A stretch of 64,000 nt of DNA from Bdellovibrionales bacterium. Lineage in GTDB: Bacteria > Bdellovibrionota > Bdellovibrionia > Bdellovibrionales > JAMPXM01. The translations under genes were made by a program, and so were the position numbers. Under the pieces are notes generated by a model. It did not search any database. It was not told the DNA's origin and saw only the letters and a program-made list of their open reading frames with translations. This document shows, piece by piece, positions 46,847-56,076 of this stretch. The stretch's first letter is position 1. The number at the start of each line of letters is the position of its first letter. The DNA is taken from contig JAYUEN010000386.1 in the NCBI GenBank assembly GCA_043739185.1, positions 32,001 through 96,000 on the forward strand, given 5' to 3'.

Positions 46847-48199
46847 ATGCCCATTCTAGAACAATATGTGCAAGTCTTTGCTTTTACGGTCGCGCAAGCA
46901 TTTACAAGCGCTTTTACTTCAATGTTTTTTGGTATATTGGGAGCGATGGGCCTCTGGTCCCTCGCAAAAAATAAAAATGCCCTACGAATATTGACTGCCT
47001 TTGCAATCTTACCAAATACTTTGCCGATTATTTTTGTGATATTTTCGTTTATTAAATATCTGCCTATGGCGCGCGGCTTTTGGGGAATTGTTGCGATACA
47101 TTGTTTTCTCAATGCCGGTCTGGTAGCTATTGCAGTTTTTCAAGTATTTCAATCTAAGATGGGAGCACTTGCTGATGTGGCTTGGATCGCATCTTGCTCT
47201 CAAGTCCGTTTTTTAAAAAGTGTAGTTCTGCCTTATTTGAAAAATGATTTAACGCGAATTTTCTTTTTCGTCTTTGCGCTTTCATTTACTAGTTTTGCAG
47301 TACCCTTAATGATTGGCGGAAGCCGAGGCACCACGCTTGAAGTCTTGATATATGAAAAGATTCGAATCTCTGCCGATTGGAGCCAAGCTTGCGTGATGGC
47401 GCTAATGCAATTGATTTTCATTTTAGGGATTTCTTTTTTTGTGAAAAGACAAGTTGCGACTCAAGCCAACTATGTTTCGAAAAGTCCGTTGTTGAGTGTA
47501 GATTTTGGCATTTTCGTACTCGTACTGCCGACTATTTTTATAGGTTTTTGCTTAATGCAAAGCTTTTTTAGTCAATTTGAAAAATGGCAAATGCCCAATC
47601 TGAGTTTAGTTTTCGGCTCGCTCTTTATTGCAATCGGCTCAGGGCTTTTCAATTTATTCCTCTTGTTTGTCAGTGCCAGATATCGACCAAATCCAAAATG
47701 GCGAAGTTTTTTGCTAGGTTTGGTTTCGCCGAGTGCGGTTATTATAGGATTTTCATTAATCTGGCTTTTTCCCGGAGTCGGATGGGCCAGCTATATCAAG
47801 CTTATTTTTGGACTGACACTTATGCACTTTCCGATTTTGTATCGTATGTCCTGGGATGCTCAGGTTTTTGCTCTCTATCAACAAATTGAAACCGCTCAGA
47901 CGCTAAGTGCCTCTCCTCGACAGATTTTTTCACGGGTTATCGTACCTCAAGTTCTAAAGTATGCTTATAATTTGTCTGGGCTTGCCGCACTCTGGTCGTT
48001 TTCGGATTTTACTTTGGCAAGTGTAGTGGCTGAGCGCGATCTGACACTTGCGCAACTTTTTTCGCATTTGACTGAATCTTACCGCTTTGAACAGGCAGAG
48101 GCGCTCATTTTGCCCATGATGGTCGGGGCGATCTTTTGCTATCTCATTTTTTCGGGAGTTGGAAATGTCGCAAGTCGAATCCTTATGCGCACAGTTTGA
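46847..48199 (+). CDS. thiP: Thiamine ABC transporter permease
   Basis: FTVAQA and SFTSFAVPLMIGG...TTLEVLIY. Two-repeat permease between thiB and thiQ. Confidence 0.8.
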   Translation: MPILEQYVQVFAFTVAQAFTSAFTSMFFGILGAMGLWSLAKNKNALRILTAFAILPNTLPIIFVIFSFIKYLPMARGFWGIVAIHCFLNAGLVAIAVFQVFQSKMGALADVAWIASCSQVRFLKSVVLPYLKNDLTRIFFFVFALSFTSFAVPLMIGGSRGTTLEVLIYEKIRISADWSQACVMALMQLIFILGISFFVKRQVATQANYVSKSPLLSVDFGIFVLVLPTIFIGFCLMQSFFSQFEKWQMPNLSLVFGSLFIAIGSGLFNLFLLFVSARYRPNPKWRSFLLGLVSPSAVIIGFSLIWLFPGVGWASYIKLIFGLTLMHFPILYRMSWDAQVFALYQQIETAQTLSASPRQIFSRVIVPQVLKYAYNLSGLAALWSFSDFTLASVVAERDLTLAQLFSHLTESYRFEQAEALILPMMVGAIFCYLIFSGVGNVASRILMRTV

Positions 48200-48812
48200 C
48201 GATTTTAAAATTGATATTCCCAGCTGGGAAATTCTTGAAGAAGGAGTTACTGCGCTATGGGGGCCCTCAGGCGCGGGCAAGACTTCGGTACTGCGCCTGC
48301 TCATCGGTCTCGATCAGCCGCAGTCATTGAAGTGGTTTTTTGATAAAGAAGATATTGCAATGCTACCGACGCCGAAGCGTCGATTAGGAGTTGTTTTTCA
48401 AAGCTATGAATTATTTCCCCACATGACGGCACTCGATAATATTTTATTTGCAGCGGAATCACGGCAGATTTCAAAAGAGCGCACTCAAACTTCACTCGAT
48501 GAATTTGTTCAAATCCTAAAACTTGATTCTTGCTTGAAGCGAAGGGCAGGCTATCTATCTGGAGGCGAAAAGCAAAGAGTGGCTTTGGCTCGTGCTCTAA
48601 TTGGTGAACCAAGATTGCTTATGCTAGATGAAGCTTTTTCAGCCTTAGATGAAGCCTTGCGTGCGGAGGCCCGGGAGTTAGTAAAGAAGGTCATTCAAAT
48701 CCGCAAAATTCCTACCATTCTCATTACCCACGATCCACAAGACATTAAAGCACTAGCGAATAAGGTAAGTGAAATTGAAGCCGGAAAAATTGTGAGGGAA
48801 TTTCGTACTTAG
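48159..48812 (+). CDS. thiQ: ABC transporter ATP-binding protein (ThiQ-like)
   Basis: GPSGAGKT, LSGGEKQRVALARAL, LDE and ITHD motifs. Confidence 0.8.
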   Translation: MEMSQVESLCAQFDDFKIDIPSWEILEEGVTALWGPSGAGKTSVLRLLIGLDQPQSLKWFFDKEDIAMLPTPKRRLGVVFQSYELFPHMTALDNILFAAESRQISKERTQTSLDEFVQILKLDSCLKRRAGYLSGGEKQRVALARALIGEPRLLMLDEAFSALDEALRAEARELVKKVIQIRKIPTILITHDPQDIKALANKVSEIEAGKIVREFRT

Positions 48813-48817
48813 GCCCT

Positions 48818-49822
48818 TTAATTAATTTTACGTGGCCAGTGTTTTTGTTTAACAGCCATAGGGATGAAGCTTGCTGAAGCCGCAATATCATTTAAATGAG
48901 TAAATTCTTTTTCGGTAAATTTATGAAGCTCACTGAGAACTTTATACTCATTGACCAGATCAATATCAAAAATTCCCGGGTCATCAGAATTGAGGCTGGT
49001 TAAAACCCCTTGCTCCATCAGGCGACGAAAAGGATGCTCACTCAATCGAGAAATGGCATTGGTCAAATAATTGCTCGTCGGACAAAGTTCTAAGACGATA
49101 TTATTTTTCTTTACGAAATCAATGGCGCGCGGCTCATGAATAATTTGTAAGCCATGTCCAATGCGGGTTGCTCCTAGCTTTTCAACAGCATCAATCACCG
49201 ATTGACCTGCCGTTGGTGCAGGCGCCTCACCAGCATGAATTGTGACATGTAGGCCGGCGTTTTTCGCACGCATAAAAACTGCGGCAAAAGGTCCTGAATC
49301 AAACCCGACCTCATTGTCTGCCAGGTCAACGCCAATAAATGTTTTTTTATGATCAATTACAAAATCACAAACTTTTTCAGCATGCTGAACGCTCAAAATT
49401 CTCTGAATAGTTGCAATGAGTCCCACTGCAATTGGGAGTTTCGCACATTGCTCAAGTCCTTTAACAATTGCGGAATGAATCTGGTCGAAACTCAAATGCT
49501 CATGGCCGCCTTGGATAAAAGTCGGCGCGTAGCGAAGTTCTAAAATTTTGATTCCTTCGGCGACGGCATCTTCAATGGCTTCGCGAGTAATGCGCGTTAA
49601 GATTTCTTCGCTGCTTAATATTTTTTGGGTCGTCAAAAACTTATTTAAAACGGCGCCTAAATCTTTCATTGGTTCAGTAACGAGAAATTTAGCTTTGAAG
49701 TCTTTTTCAGAAGAGGGAACTTCAATTCCGTGCTCGCGTGCAAGTTCACGCACAGTAGAGTGTCTAAAAGAAAGTTCAAGATGGCGATGCAGTTCGACTT
49801 TGGGAATTGATTTGATATCCAT
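48818..49822 (-). CDS. add: Adenosine deaminase
   Basis: PKVELHRHLE, TIHAGE, RIGHG, LCPTSN and NSDDP motifs. Start at ATG 49822. Confidence 0.93.
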   Translation of the reverse strand: MDIKSIPKVELHRHLELSFRHSTVRELAREHGIEVPSSEKDFKAKFLVTEPMKDLGAVLNKFLTTQKILSSEEILTRITREAIEDAVAEGIKILELRYAPTFIQGGHEHLSFDQIHSAIVKGLEQCAKLPIAVGLIATIQRILSVQHAEKVCDFVIDHKKTFIGVDLADNEVGFDSGPFAAVFMRAKNAGLHVTIHAGEAPAPTAGQSVIDAVEKLGATRIGHGLQIIHEPRAIDFVKKNNIVLELCPTSNYLTNAISRLSEHPFRRLMEQGVLTSLNSDDPGIFDIDLVNEYKVLSELHKFTEKEFTHLNDIAASASFIPMAVKQKHWPRKIN

Positions 49823-49828
49823 CTTCAG

Positions 49829-49857
49829 ATTATAGTGTGAAGACCTAAGCGCATCAA
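49829..49857 (-). promoter_or_regulatory. sigma70-type promoter of add, probably leaderless
   Basis: TTGATG-N17-TATAAT followed 6 nt later by the ATG. Confidence 0.7.
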
Positions 49858-49867
49858 GTTTAAATTC

Positions 49868-51985
49868 TTGACGCACGACCCTTTATCCGAGAGGTTTTTT
49901 GTGCAAAATGTTTTGAATCCCCTAGGAATTAAACCACAACTCGCAAAATTTCCACGCACGCCGCCACAATTTGCAGTGCGGGCACATGTGCAATCTGGCG
50001 AAAGTATTTGGCTTGGCGACCCGAAGGCCACGCGAGCCATGATTGCGCTTATGGATATGGGTGCTCAGATTGCGGGCGCAGCCAGCCATTATGGTGGGCC
50101 AGCAGCTTTTGCAGAACTAATGTCAGCAACTCATGGGCTAATGGCCTATTTTTCTCAAAAACAACATCAAGAATGGTTCGAGGCTTTTCATTTTGTGAAT
50201 GATGCCGGCCATTGTGAAAATGGTCTTTATGCCCTAAAGGCCAATTACAAAATGGCAGATCTCAGTTTGGATTCATTGAAGAAATTTCGATCTATTGCAA
50301 GCCCCTTGACTGGACATGGCGAAGCTCATCTTTTTCCGCAAGGCGTTTTGGTGAGTAATGGCCCTCTAGGTTCAGGCCTCCCGCAAGCCCAAGGCTTGGC
50401 AATGGGAGATGCCCTTATAAATAAAAAACGTGTTACAATATGTGCACTCTCTGACGGCGGCGCGATGGAGGGCGAAGCAAAAGAAGCCCTCGCGGCCATT
50501 CCGGGATTTGCCCGTCGAGGCAAGCTCGCTCCCTTTGTTTGTATTTTGAGTGACAATAGGACCAAGTTGTCTGGTCGTATTGAAAGTGATGCTTTTTCGA
50601 TGGAGCCAAGTTTTGCAGCGCTCAAGTCATTAGGTTGGCAAGTCATGTTTCTCGAGGATGGTCATCAAATTCAAGCGTGTTTGGCAAGCATTGAAGAAGC
50701 CATCAACCAGGTCAAATTAGATCCTAGCCAGCCAATCATGATTCATGCACGAACCATTAAAGGGAAAGGCCATAAAAAATCTGAAAACTCAGCCAGTGGA
50801 GGACATGGATTCTCTCTTAAGAAAGCCGAAGAACTCGGTGCGTTTTTGACCGAGGTATATGAGGGCGCTGAAATTCCAAAAGAATTTCTCAGCTGGGCAG
50901 AAGAATTAAAGGACTTTGAAAAAAACTTTAAAAAGCCAACGGCCTTTCGTTTTCCGAGAGCTGAATATTTTGGAACCGATGAAAAAATTCAAGTTGGAGT
51001 GGCCAAAGCTCTAATTCAGAAAAGAAAAGCCGGACTTCCCGTAGTTTCGGTTTCTGCCGACTTGCAGGGCTCAACTGGCGTTGCAGACTTTCATAAAGAA
51101 TTTCCTGAATCTTCGCTCGATGTCGGCGTAGCTGAAGCCAATATGATTAGTTCTGCAATCGGCCTGTCGCTTACGGGATTTATTCCGGTAGTCGACACCT
51201 TTGCGCAATTTGGTGCGACCAAGGGTGCCTTGCCGATAGCAATGGCAAGTCTTTCGAATGCTCCTGTCATTGGGATTTTTTCGCATATCGGCTTTCAGGA
51301 TGCGGCCGATGGAGCTTCACACCAAGCACTCAGTTTCTTTGCCCAGCTCTCTTCGATTCCAAATATTGAAATTTATGCGTTAACCTCGAGTCGTGAAGCT
51401 GAAAGTTTGGTGGGTCAAGCGATCGAGGATTTTGCAAAAGCAAGAGCGCGCGGCGAAGCACCTCCGACTCGAATATTTTTTCTCGGTCGAGAAAATTTTC
51501 CTAAAAGTTTTGTGCCCGAAAATATTGACTTTCAGCTGCGAAAATCTCAAATCGTTTTTGACAATACAAAATCATTTTCAAAATCAGTTTGCATTGTGGC
51601 AGCGGGCTCACTCATCAGTGAGGCACTAGAGGCGGCACAAGATTTAACTGCAAGTAAAATCGGCTGCGTCGTCGTCAACCCCGCAATTATCAATCACATT
51701 GACCTTGATACAATGAAATTGGCTTTAGCTAAAACTCGCGCTCAGACGTCAAATCCGGCATTGGTCATTACGCTTGAAGAGCATCGCTCTATAGGTGGCA
51801 TGGGACAAATGTTGTGTCATGCACTCAGCCTAGCAAATGAAAATTTTAAAATGCAAAGTTTGGCGATTGGTGATCATTTCGGTCAAAGTGCATACTCAGC
51901 AAGAGACCTCTATAAGAAACATCATTTGGATTCGACCGCAGTATGTGAAGCCGCCAAACAATTGCTTGAGGCGAACAAACTTTGA
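49868..51985 (+). CDS. Transketolase-like TPP enzyme (single chain)
   Basis: DAGH, GPLGSG, SDGGAMEG...N TPP motif, TIKGKG, GVAEANM, DGASHQ and LEEH. Start may be GTG 49901. Confidence 0.88.
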   Translation: MTHDPLSERFFVQNVLNPLGIKPQLAKFPRTPPQFAVRAHVQSGESIWLGDPKATRAMIALMDMGAQIAGAASHYGGPAAFAELMSATHGLMAYFSQKQHQEWFEAFHFVNDAGHCENGLYALKANYKMADLSLDSLKKFRSIASPLTGHGEAHLFPQGVLVSNGPLGSGLPQAQGLAMGDALINKKRVTICALSDGGAMEGEAKEALAAIPGFARRGKLAPFVCILSDNRTKLSGRIESDAFSMEPSFAALKSLGWQVMFLEDGHQIQACLASIEEAINQVKLDPSQPIMIHARTIKGKGHKKSENSASGGHGFSLKKAEELGAFLTEVYEGAEIPKEFLSWAEELKDFEKNFKKPTAFRFPRAEYFGTDEKIQVGVAKALIQKRKAGLPVVSVSADLQGSTGVADFHKEFPESSLDVGVAEANMISSAIGLSLTGFIPVVDTFAQFGATKGALPIAMASLSNAPVIGIFSHIGFQDAADGASHQALSFFAQLSSIPNIEIYALTSSREAESLVGQAIEDFAKARARGEAPPTRIFFLGRENFPKSFVPENIDFQLRKSQIVFDNTKSFSKSVCIVAAGSLISEALEAAQDLTASKIGCVVVNPAIINHIDLDTMKLALAKTRAQTSNPALVITLEEHRSIGGMGQMLCHALSLANENFKMQSLAIGDHFGQSAYSARDLYKKHHLDSTAVCEAAKQLLEANKL

Positions 51986-53028
51986 TACAAGCCAAAGCTT
52001 ATGCTGCGCAAAGTGCGAATTCGCCTCTAACTCCAATTGAGTTTCAGCGTCGCGATGTTGGAGTAAATGACGTACTCATTCATATCGATTACTGCGGAGT
52101 TTGCCATTCTGATATTCACTCCGCCCGAAATGAATGGGGTGGAGCTCAGTATCCTTTGATTCCGGGTCATGAAATTGTGGGCCATATTATCCGCGTTGGA
52201 GCTAAAGTCACAAAATTCAAAGTGGGGGATATTGCTGGGGTTGGCTGTATGGTCGATTCTTGCCGAAGTTGTCCGAGCTGTGAAAAACACCTCGAGCAGT
52301 TTTGTGACAAGGGCGCGATCTTTACTTATAACAGTCCAGAAAAAAATATGCGGACACCTACTTACGGTGGATACTCCTCGCAAATTGTTACCGATGAAAA
52401 TTTTGTTTTGAAAATTTCGCCAAAACTAGATCTGGCGCGAGTGGCGCCCTTACTTTGTGCCGGAATTACAACCTATTCGCCTCTTAAACATTGGAAGGTG
52501 AAAAAGGGTGATCGCGTAGGCGTAGTCGGCCTCGGTGGGCTTGGCCATATGGCTGTTAAAATTGCAGTTTCAATGGGAGCCGAAGTGACTATGCTTTCAA
52601 CTTCAAGTTCAAAAGAAGCAGACGCCATGAAGTTGGGCGCACATAAATTTGCAAATACCAACGACGCGAAGAGTTTTCAAACCTATGCAAATTATTTTGA
52701 TTTAATTATTAATACGATTTCAGCGCAACACGATTACGGTAAATTTCTCAGTATGATCAATATTGACGGCACCATGGTTTTACTTGGCATCCCGCCAAAG
52801 CCTACAGAGGTGCACGCGTTTTCATTCATTGGCAGAAGAAGAAGTCTCGCCGGCTCACTTATCGGCGGAATTCAAGAGACTCAAGAAATGTTAGATTATT
52901 GCGCTGAGAAAAATATTTTATCAGATATTGAATTGATAAATATTGATCAAATTAATTCAGCTTATGAGCGAATGATCAAGGGAGATGTGCGCTATCGCTT
53001 TGTCATCAACATGAAGTCGCTGAAATAA
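51982..53028 (+). CDS. Zn-dependent NAD(P) alcohol dehydrogenase (cinnamyl-ADH/YahK-like)
   Basis: CGVCHSD, GHEIVG, four structural Cys, LLCAGITTYSPL and GLGGLG motifs. Confidence 0.95.
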   Translation: MIQAKAYAAQSANSPLTPIEFQRRDVGVNDVLIHIDYCGVCHSDIHSARNEWGGAQYPLIPGHEIVGHIIRVGAKVTKFKVGDIAGVGCMVDSCRSCPSCEKHLEQFCDKGAIFTYNSPEKNMRTPTYGGYSSQIVTDENFVLKISPKLDLARVAPLLCAGITTYSPLKHWKVKKGDRVGVVGLGGLGHMAVKIAVSMGAEVTMLSTSSSKEADAMKLGAHKFANTNDAKSFQTYANYFDLIINTISAQHDYGKFLSMINIDGTMVLLGIPPKPTEVHAFSFIGRRRSLAGSLIGGIQETQEMLDYCAEKNILSDIELINIDQINSAYERMIKGDVRYRFVINMKSLK

Positions 53029-53030
53029 GC

Positions 53031-53405
53031 TTATTTTATCAAATAGCAAACATACCGAGAGTTGGTACTATCATCGCCATGAGTTCGGATTGCCATTAAG
53101 CCTTGAGGAGCGCCATTGAGTAAATCAGCTTGCAAGAAAGCTTCACGCAGTCCCTCGTCGCTTTCTTCATAAACAAAACGTCGTTCAATGTGAGAGCGGC
53201 CAATATAATTGCGATCAATATCCGCAAGATCTTTTTGGAGGCGAATTTTATCATCCATATTATTAACATTAACTGTGATTAAAATTTTATAGCCATCACT
53301 TACTGCAATACATTTATAATTATGACTTAGTTTGTATTGCCCACCTGCGTGCGAAAAAGAAGTGAAAACGAGAAAACTTAAAAAAGCTAAAGCCAGATGT
53401 TTCAT
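53031..53405 (-). CDS. Small secreted hypothetical protein
   Basis: Signal peptide ending SHA, two Cys near the ends of the mature chain. Confidence 0.7.
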   Translation of the reverse strand: MKHLALAFLSFLVFTSFSHAGGQYKLSHNYKCIAVSDGYKILITVNVNNMDDKIRLQKDLADIDRNYIGRSHIERRFVYEESDEGLREAFLQADLLNGAPQGLMAIRTHGDDSTNSRYVCYLIK

Positions 53406-53625
53406 AATGCCTCAATTCCTCTTTTAGATATGAGAAATTATATAAAATTTAGACTAAGCTTACTAATGTTTGCCCGGAATCTTAACATTCACAAAGCGAA
53501 TGACAGATGAATTAAGAATTCAGTTCTCAAACTATAGGTCGAATGCTATAATTAGAAGCTATAGAAACAAACTACAGATTTACAACTGTAGCTGAAAGTA
53601 AAAATATCATTTTTGGGGAGTCATT

Positions 53626-53865
53626 ATGGGTCTATCACCAATGCATTTAATCTTAATCTTGGGCGTGGTCTTATTGCTTTTTGGACCAAGTCGTCTCCCA
53701 GGACTAGGAAAAGGTATCGGCGAAGCGATACGCGGATTTAAGAAGGGCCTCGAGGGCGATGAAATTGATGTCACTCCAAAAAACCCAAATGATCAGATCA
53801 ATGCAGCTCATTCAGAAGACTTGAGACAAGATAAAACCCAGTCTAAAACTAAACAGGACTCTTAA
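53626..53865 (+). CDS. tatA: Twin-arginine translocase TatA
   Basis: LLLFGPSRLPGLGKGIGEAIRGFKKG. Confidence 0.95.
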   Translation: MGLSPMHLILILGVVLLLFGPSRLPGLGKGIGEAIRGFKKGLEGDEIDVTPKNPNDQINAAHSEDLRQDKTQSKTKQDS

Positions 53866-53866
53866 A

Positions 53867-55117
53867 TTATTCGGTTTTAAGGCTTTCAGTTGCGGCAACA
53901 GGTCTTTTTCGTCGGCGACGAGGTCGAGCTGGGCGCCGAGGGCCATCAGTCTTTTTCAAATCTGGAGCAATTTCTCGGGCAGCGTTTCTCCAAAATGCGA
54001 TATCCTGAGGAGAAATTTCGTAATTCACTTCAACTAACTTTAGTGAAAACTCAAAACTCTCATTGCGAAAAATCGACATCAGCCTTCTTGGTCCACGTTT
54101 TTTGAGCAGAGAGGTTTTTTGCAGCATTCCACTCAATTGCAAAGTATGCCCAAGGAAACTTTGTTCCAATTTAAACATTCCAAGTTCGTTTCTTAAAAAG
54201 TTCTGCATATTTTCGGCTCGCATCTGGGAACTCGTAGGCCAGTCCCCATCCGTTGTTGCGTACGCACTTGCAAGTACGAGCCAACTTAATAAGTGATGAG
54301 GTTCACTCTGATCAATCACCAATTCTTTAAATTGCATTAAATAAAATTCAAAGTTTTCGCGATGAGTATCATTCAAGAACAAAGAGTGAAGGTAGGGCGA
54401 AAGATGCTCAAGAATACCAAGATCAAAAGCTTCGGCAAAGGCTAAAAAGCTCTCGTGAAGTCTTAGTAATTTCAAAATTTCTTCGCGCCGTCTGGGCAAA
54501 ACACTTTGCGCAATACTTGCAGCATTTCGTTGCATCGAAGCGCGCAGATTTTCGTCTAATACCAATTCGAGTTTATGGGCAAATCTCAATGCACGCAAAA
54601 GTCGAATTGGGTCTTCTACTAAGCGCACGTCTGGATCCCCAATCATGCGGAGAGTGCGCGTCTCGATATCTTTCATTGCGGCTACAAAGTCGATCAAATC
54701 GTTGCGGACAGGATCATAAAATAAGGCATTGATCGTAAAATCCCGGCGCTTGGCATCCTCTTCGGGAGTTCCAAAGGTATTGTCTCCGAGTGGCGCTTCG
54801 CCTTCAGGAAGAGAGTCGTCGATCTTCGTTTCGCTTCTAAAAGTTGCAATTTCAAACTGCTGAGCGTCTCTCTTGGCCAATACCAACAAAAAGCGCCGAC
54901 CAATAATATAGGAATTATAAATCAAATTCTTTATCTGCTTTGGCTGGGCAAGAGTCGCTATATCATAGTCTTTTGGGTGAAGTCCCAAAAGTAGATCACG
55001 TACACAGCCACCAACAAGATAGCTCTCAAAGCCGGCACGCTGTAATGCCTTTACGATTCCGAAGGCGTGGGGATCAATCCAATCTTGATGCAAATGTGGT
55101 TTGTGTGAAACTTCCAT
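53867..55117 (-). CDS. pcnB: Poly(A) polymerase I
   Basis: YLVGGCVRDLL, KDYD, PAP signature IIGRRF, RRDFTINAL, EDPIRLLRA and an Arg-rich tail. Confidence 0.9.
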   Translation of the reverse strand: MEVSHKPHLHQDWIDPHAFGIVKALQRAGFESYLVGGCVRDLLLGLHPKDYDIATLAQPKQIKNLIYNSYIIGRRFLLVLAKRDAQQFEIATFRSETKIDDSLPEGEAPLGDNTFGTPEEDAKRRDFTINALFYDPVRNDLIDFVAAMKDIETRTLRMIGDPDVRLVEDPIRLLRALRFAHKLELVLDENLRASMQRNAASIAQSVLPRRREEILKLLRLHESFLAFAEAFDLGILEHLSPYLHSLFLNDTHRENFEFYLMQFKELVIDQSEPHHLLSWLVLASAYATTDGDWPTSSQMRAENMQNFLRNELGMFKLEQSFLGHTLQLSGMLQKTSLLKKRGPRRLMSIFRNESFEFSLKLVEVNYEISPQDIAFWRNAAREIAPDLKKTDGPRRPARPRRRRKRPVAATESLKTE

Positions 55118-55202
55118 GTTGAATTCGTCAAACTCCTAGACCTCGATTATAACGAGATGCTGGGTCATGACAAGAAACATCCTGGTGATTTAGACTACTC
55201 CA

Positions 55203-56027
55203 ATGAATTTTTCGCCGAATTACCTTAAAAACTTTCACTATCAATTGCTTGGAGTAGAGAATTCGCCTCGCAAATTGGTATTTCTTCATGGGCTGATGGG
55301 TTTTGGCGTGAATTGGATGAAAATAACTCCCGCCTTTACCGCTACTCATCAAATTCTCATTTATGACCAAAGAGGACATGGCAGATCTTTTCAGCCGCAA
55401 ACAGGTTATTCCCCAAAGGACTATGCCGAAGATTTGCGCAAGATTCTAGATGAACTTGAGTGGCAAAAAGTTGAATTGGTAGGGCATTCAATGGGTGGTA
55501 GAAATGCTTTGGAGTTTACCCATACTTATCCACAGAGAGTTGAAAAGTTGGTAGTTGAAGATATTGGTCCATCGATGAATCAGTATGGTTCGAGCTTTAT
55601 TAGTAGTCTGCTCGATTTTATACCCACGCCTTTTGAAAATCGGGCTACAGCCAAGCAGTTTTTCGAAATCGATTTCATTCAAAAGTATGCAAATATCTCA
55701 AACCCTAAGGGACTTGCCTTATTTCTTACCGCTAACCTCAAAGAAGGCCCTGATAAGCGACTCAGCTGGAAGTTTTATCTTCCCGGAATTCGCGAGAGCC
55801 TTATTCAGGGTCGTGCTGAAGAGCGCTGGCACGAAATTGAGGCCTTAAAGATGCCGACGCTCTGGATACACGGAGAAAACTCGCAAGATCTAAAGCGTGA
55901 TGTTTATGAGGAAATATTGCGAAGAAACCCGCGAATTGTGGGTGTTGAAATTAAAAATGCAGGGCATTGGGTTCACAGTGACCAGCCTGAAGATTTTATT
56001 GCAACATTACTTGGCTTTTTAGGATAG
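55203..56027 (+). CDS. Alpha/beta hydrolase (YbfF-like esterase)
   Basis: FLHGLMG, DQRGHGRS, GHSMGG and AGHWVH motifs. Confidence 0.9.
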   Translation: MNFSPNYLKNFHYQLLGVENSPRKLVFLHGLMGFGVNWMKITPAFTATHQILIYDQRGHGRSFQPQTGYSPKDYAEDLRKILDELEWQKVELVGHSMGGRNALEFTHTYPQRVEKLVVEDIGPSMNQYGSSFISSLLDFIPTPFENRATAKQFFEIDFIQKYANISNPKGLALFLTANLKEGPDKRLSWKFYLPGIRESLIQGRAEERWHEIEALKMPTLWIHGENSQDLKRDVYEEILRRNPRIVGVEIKNAGHWVHSDQPEDFIATLLGFLG

Positions 56028-56076
56028 TTGCTATAGATTTTGTGCCTGGCAACATGACGCGATCGAGGGACTTGTT

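Noticed and set aside
53233..53243. TTTTGGAGGCG, an 11-bp match to the RAYT-flanking repeat
   Set aside because: Short, inside a coding region, flanks do not match; a hit this size is plausible by chance in 64 kb.
53572..53591. CTACAG-N8-CTGTAG inverted repeat upstream of tatA
   Set aside because: Only a 6-bp stem with no second instance; cannot be distinguished from chance.
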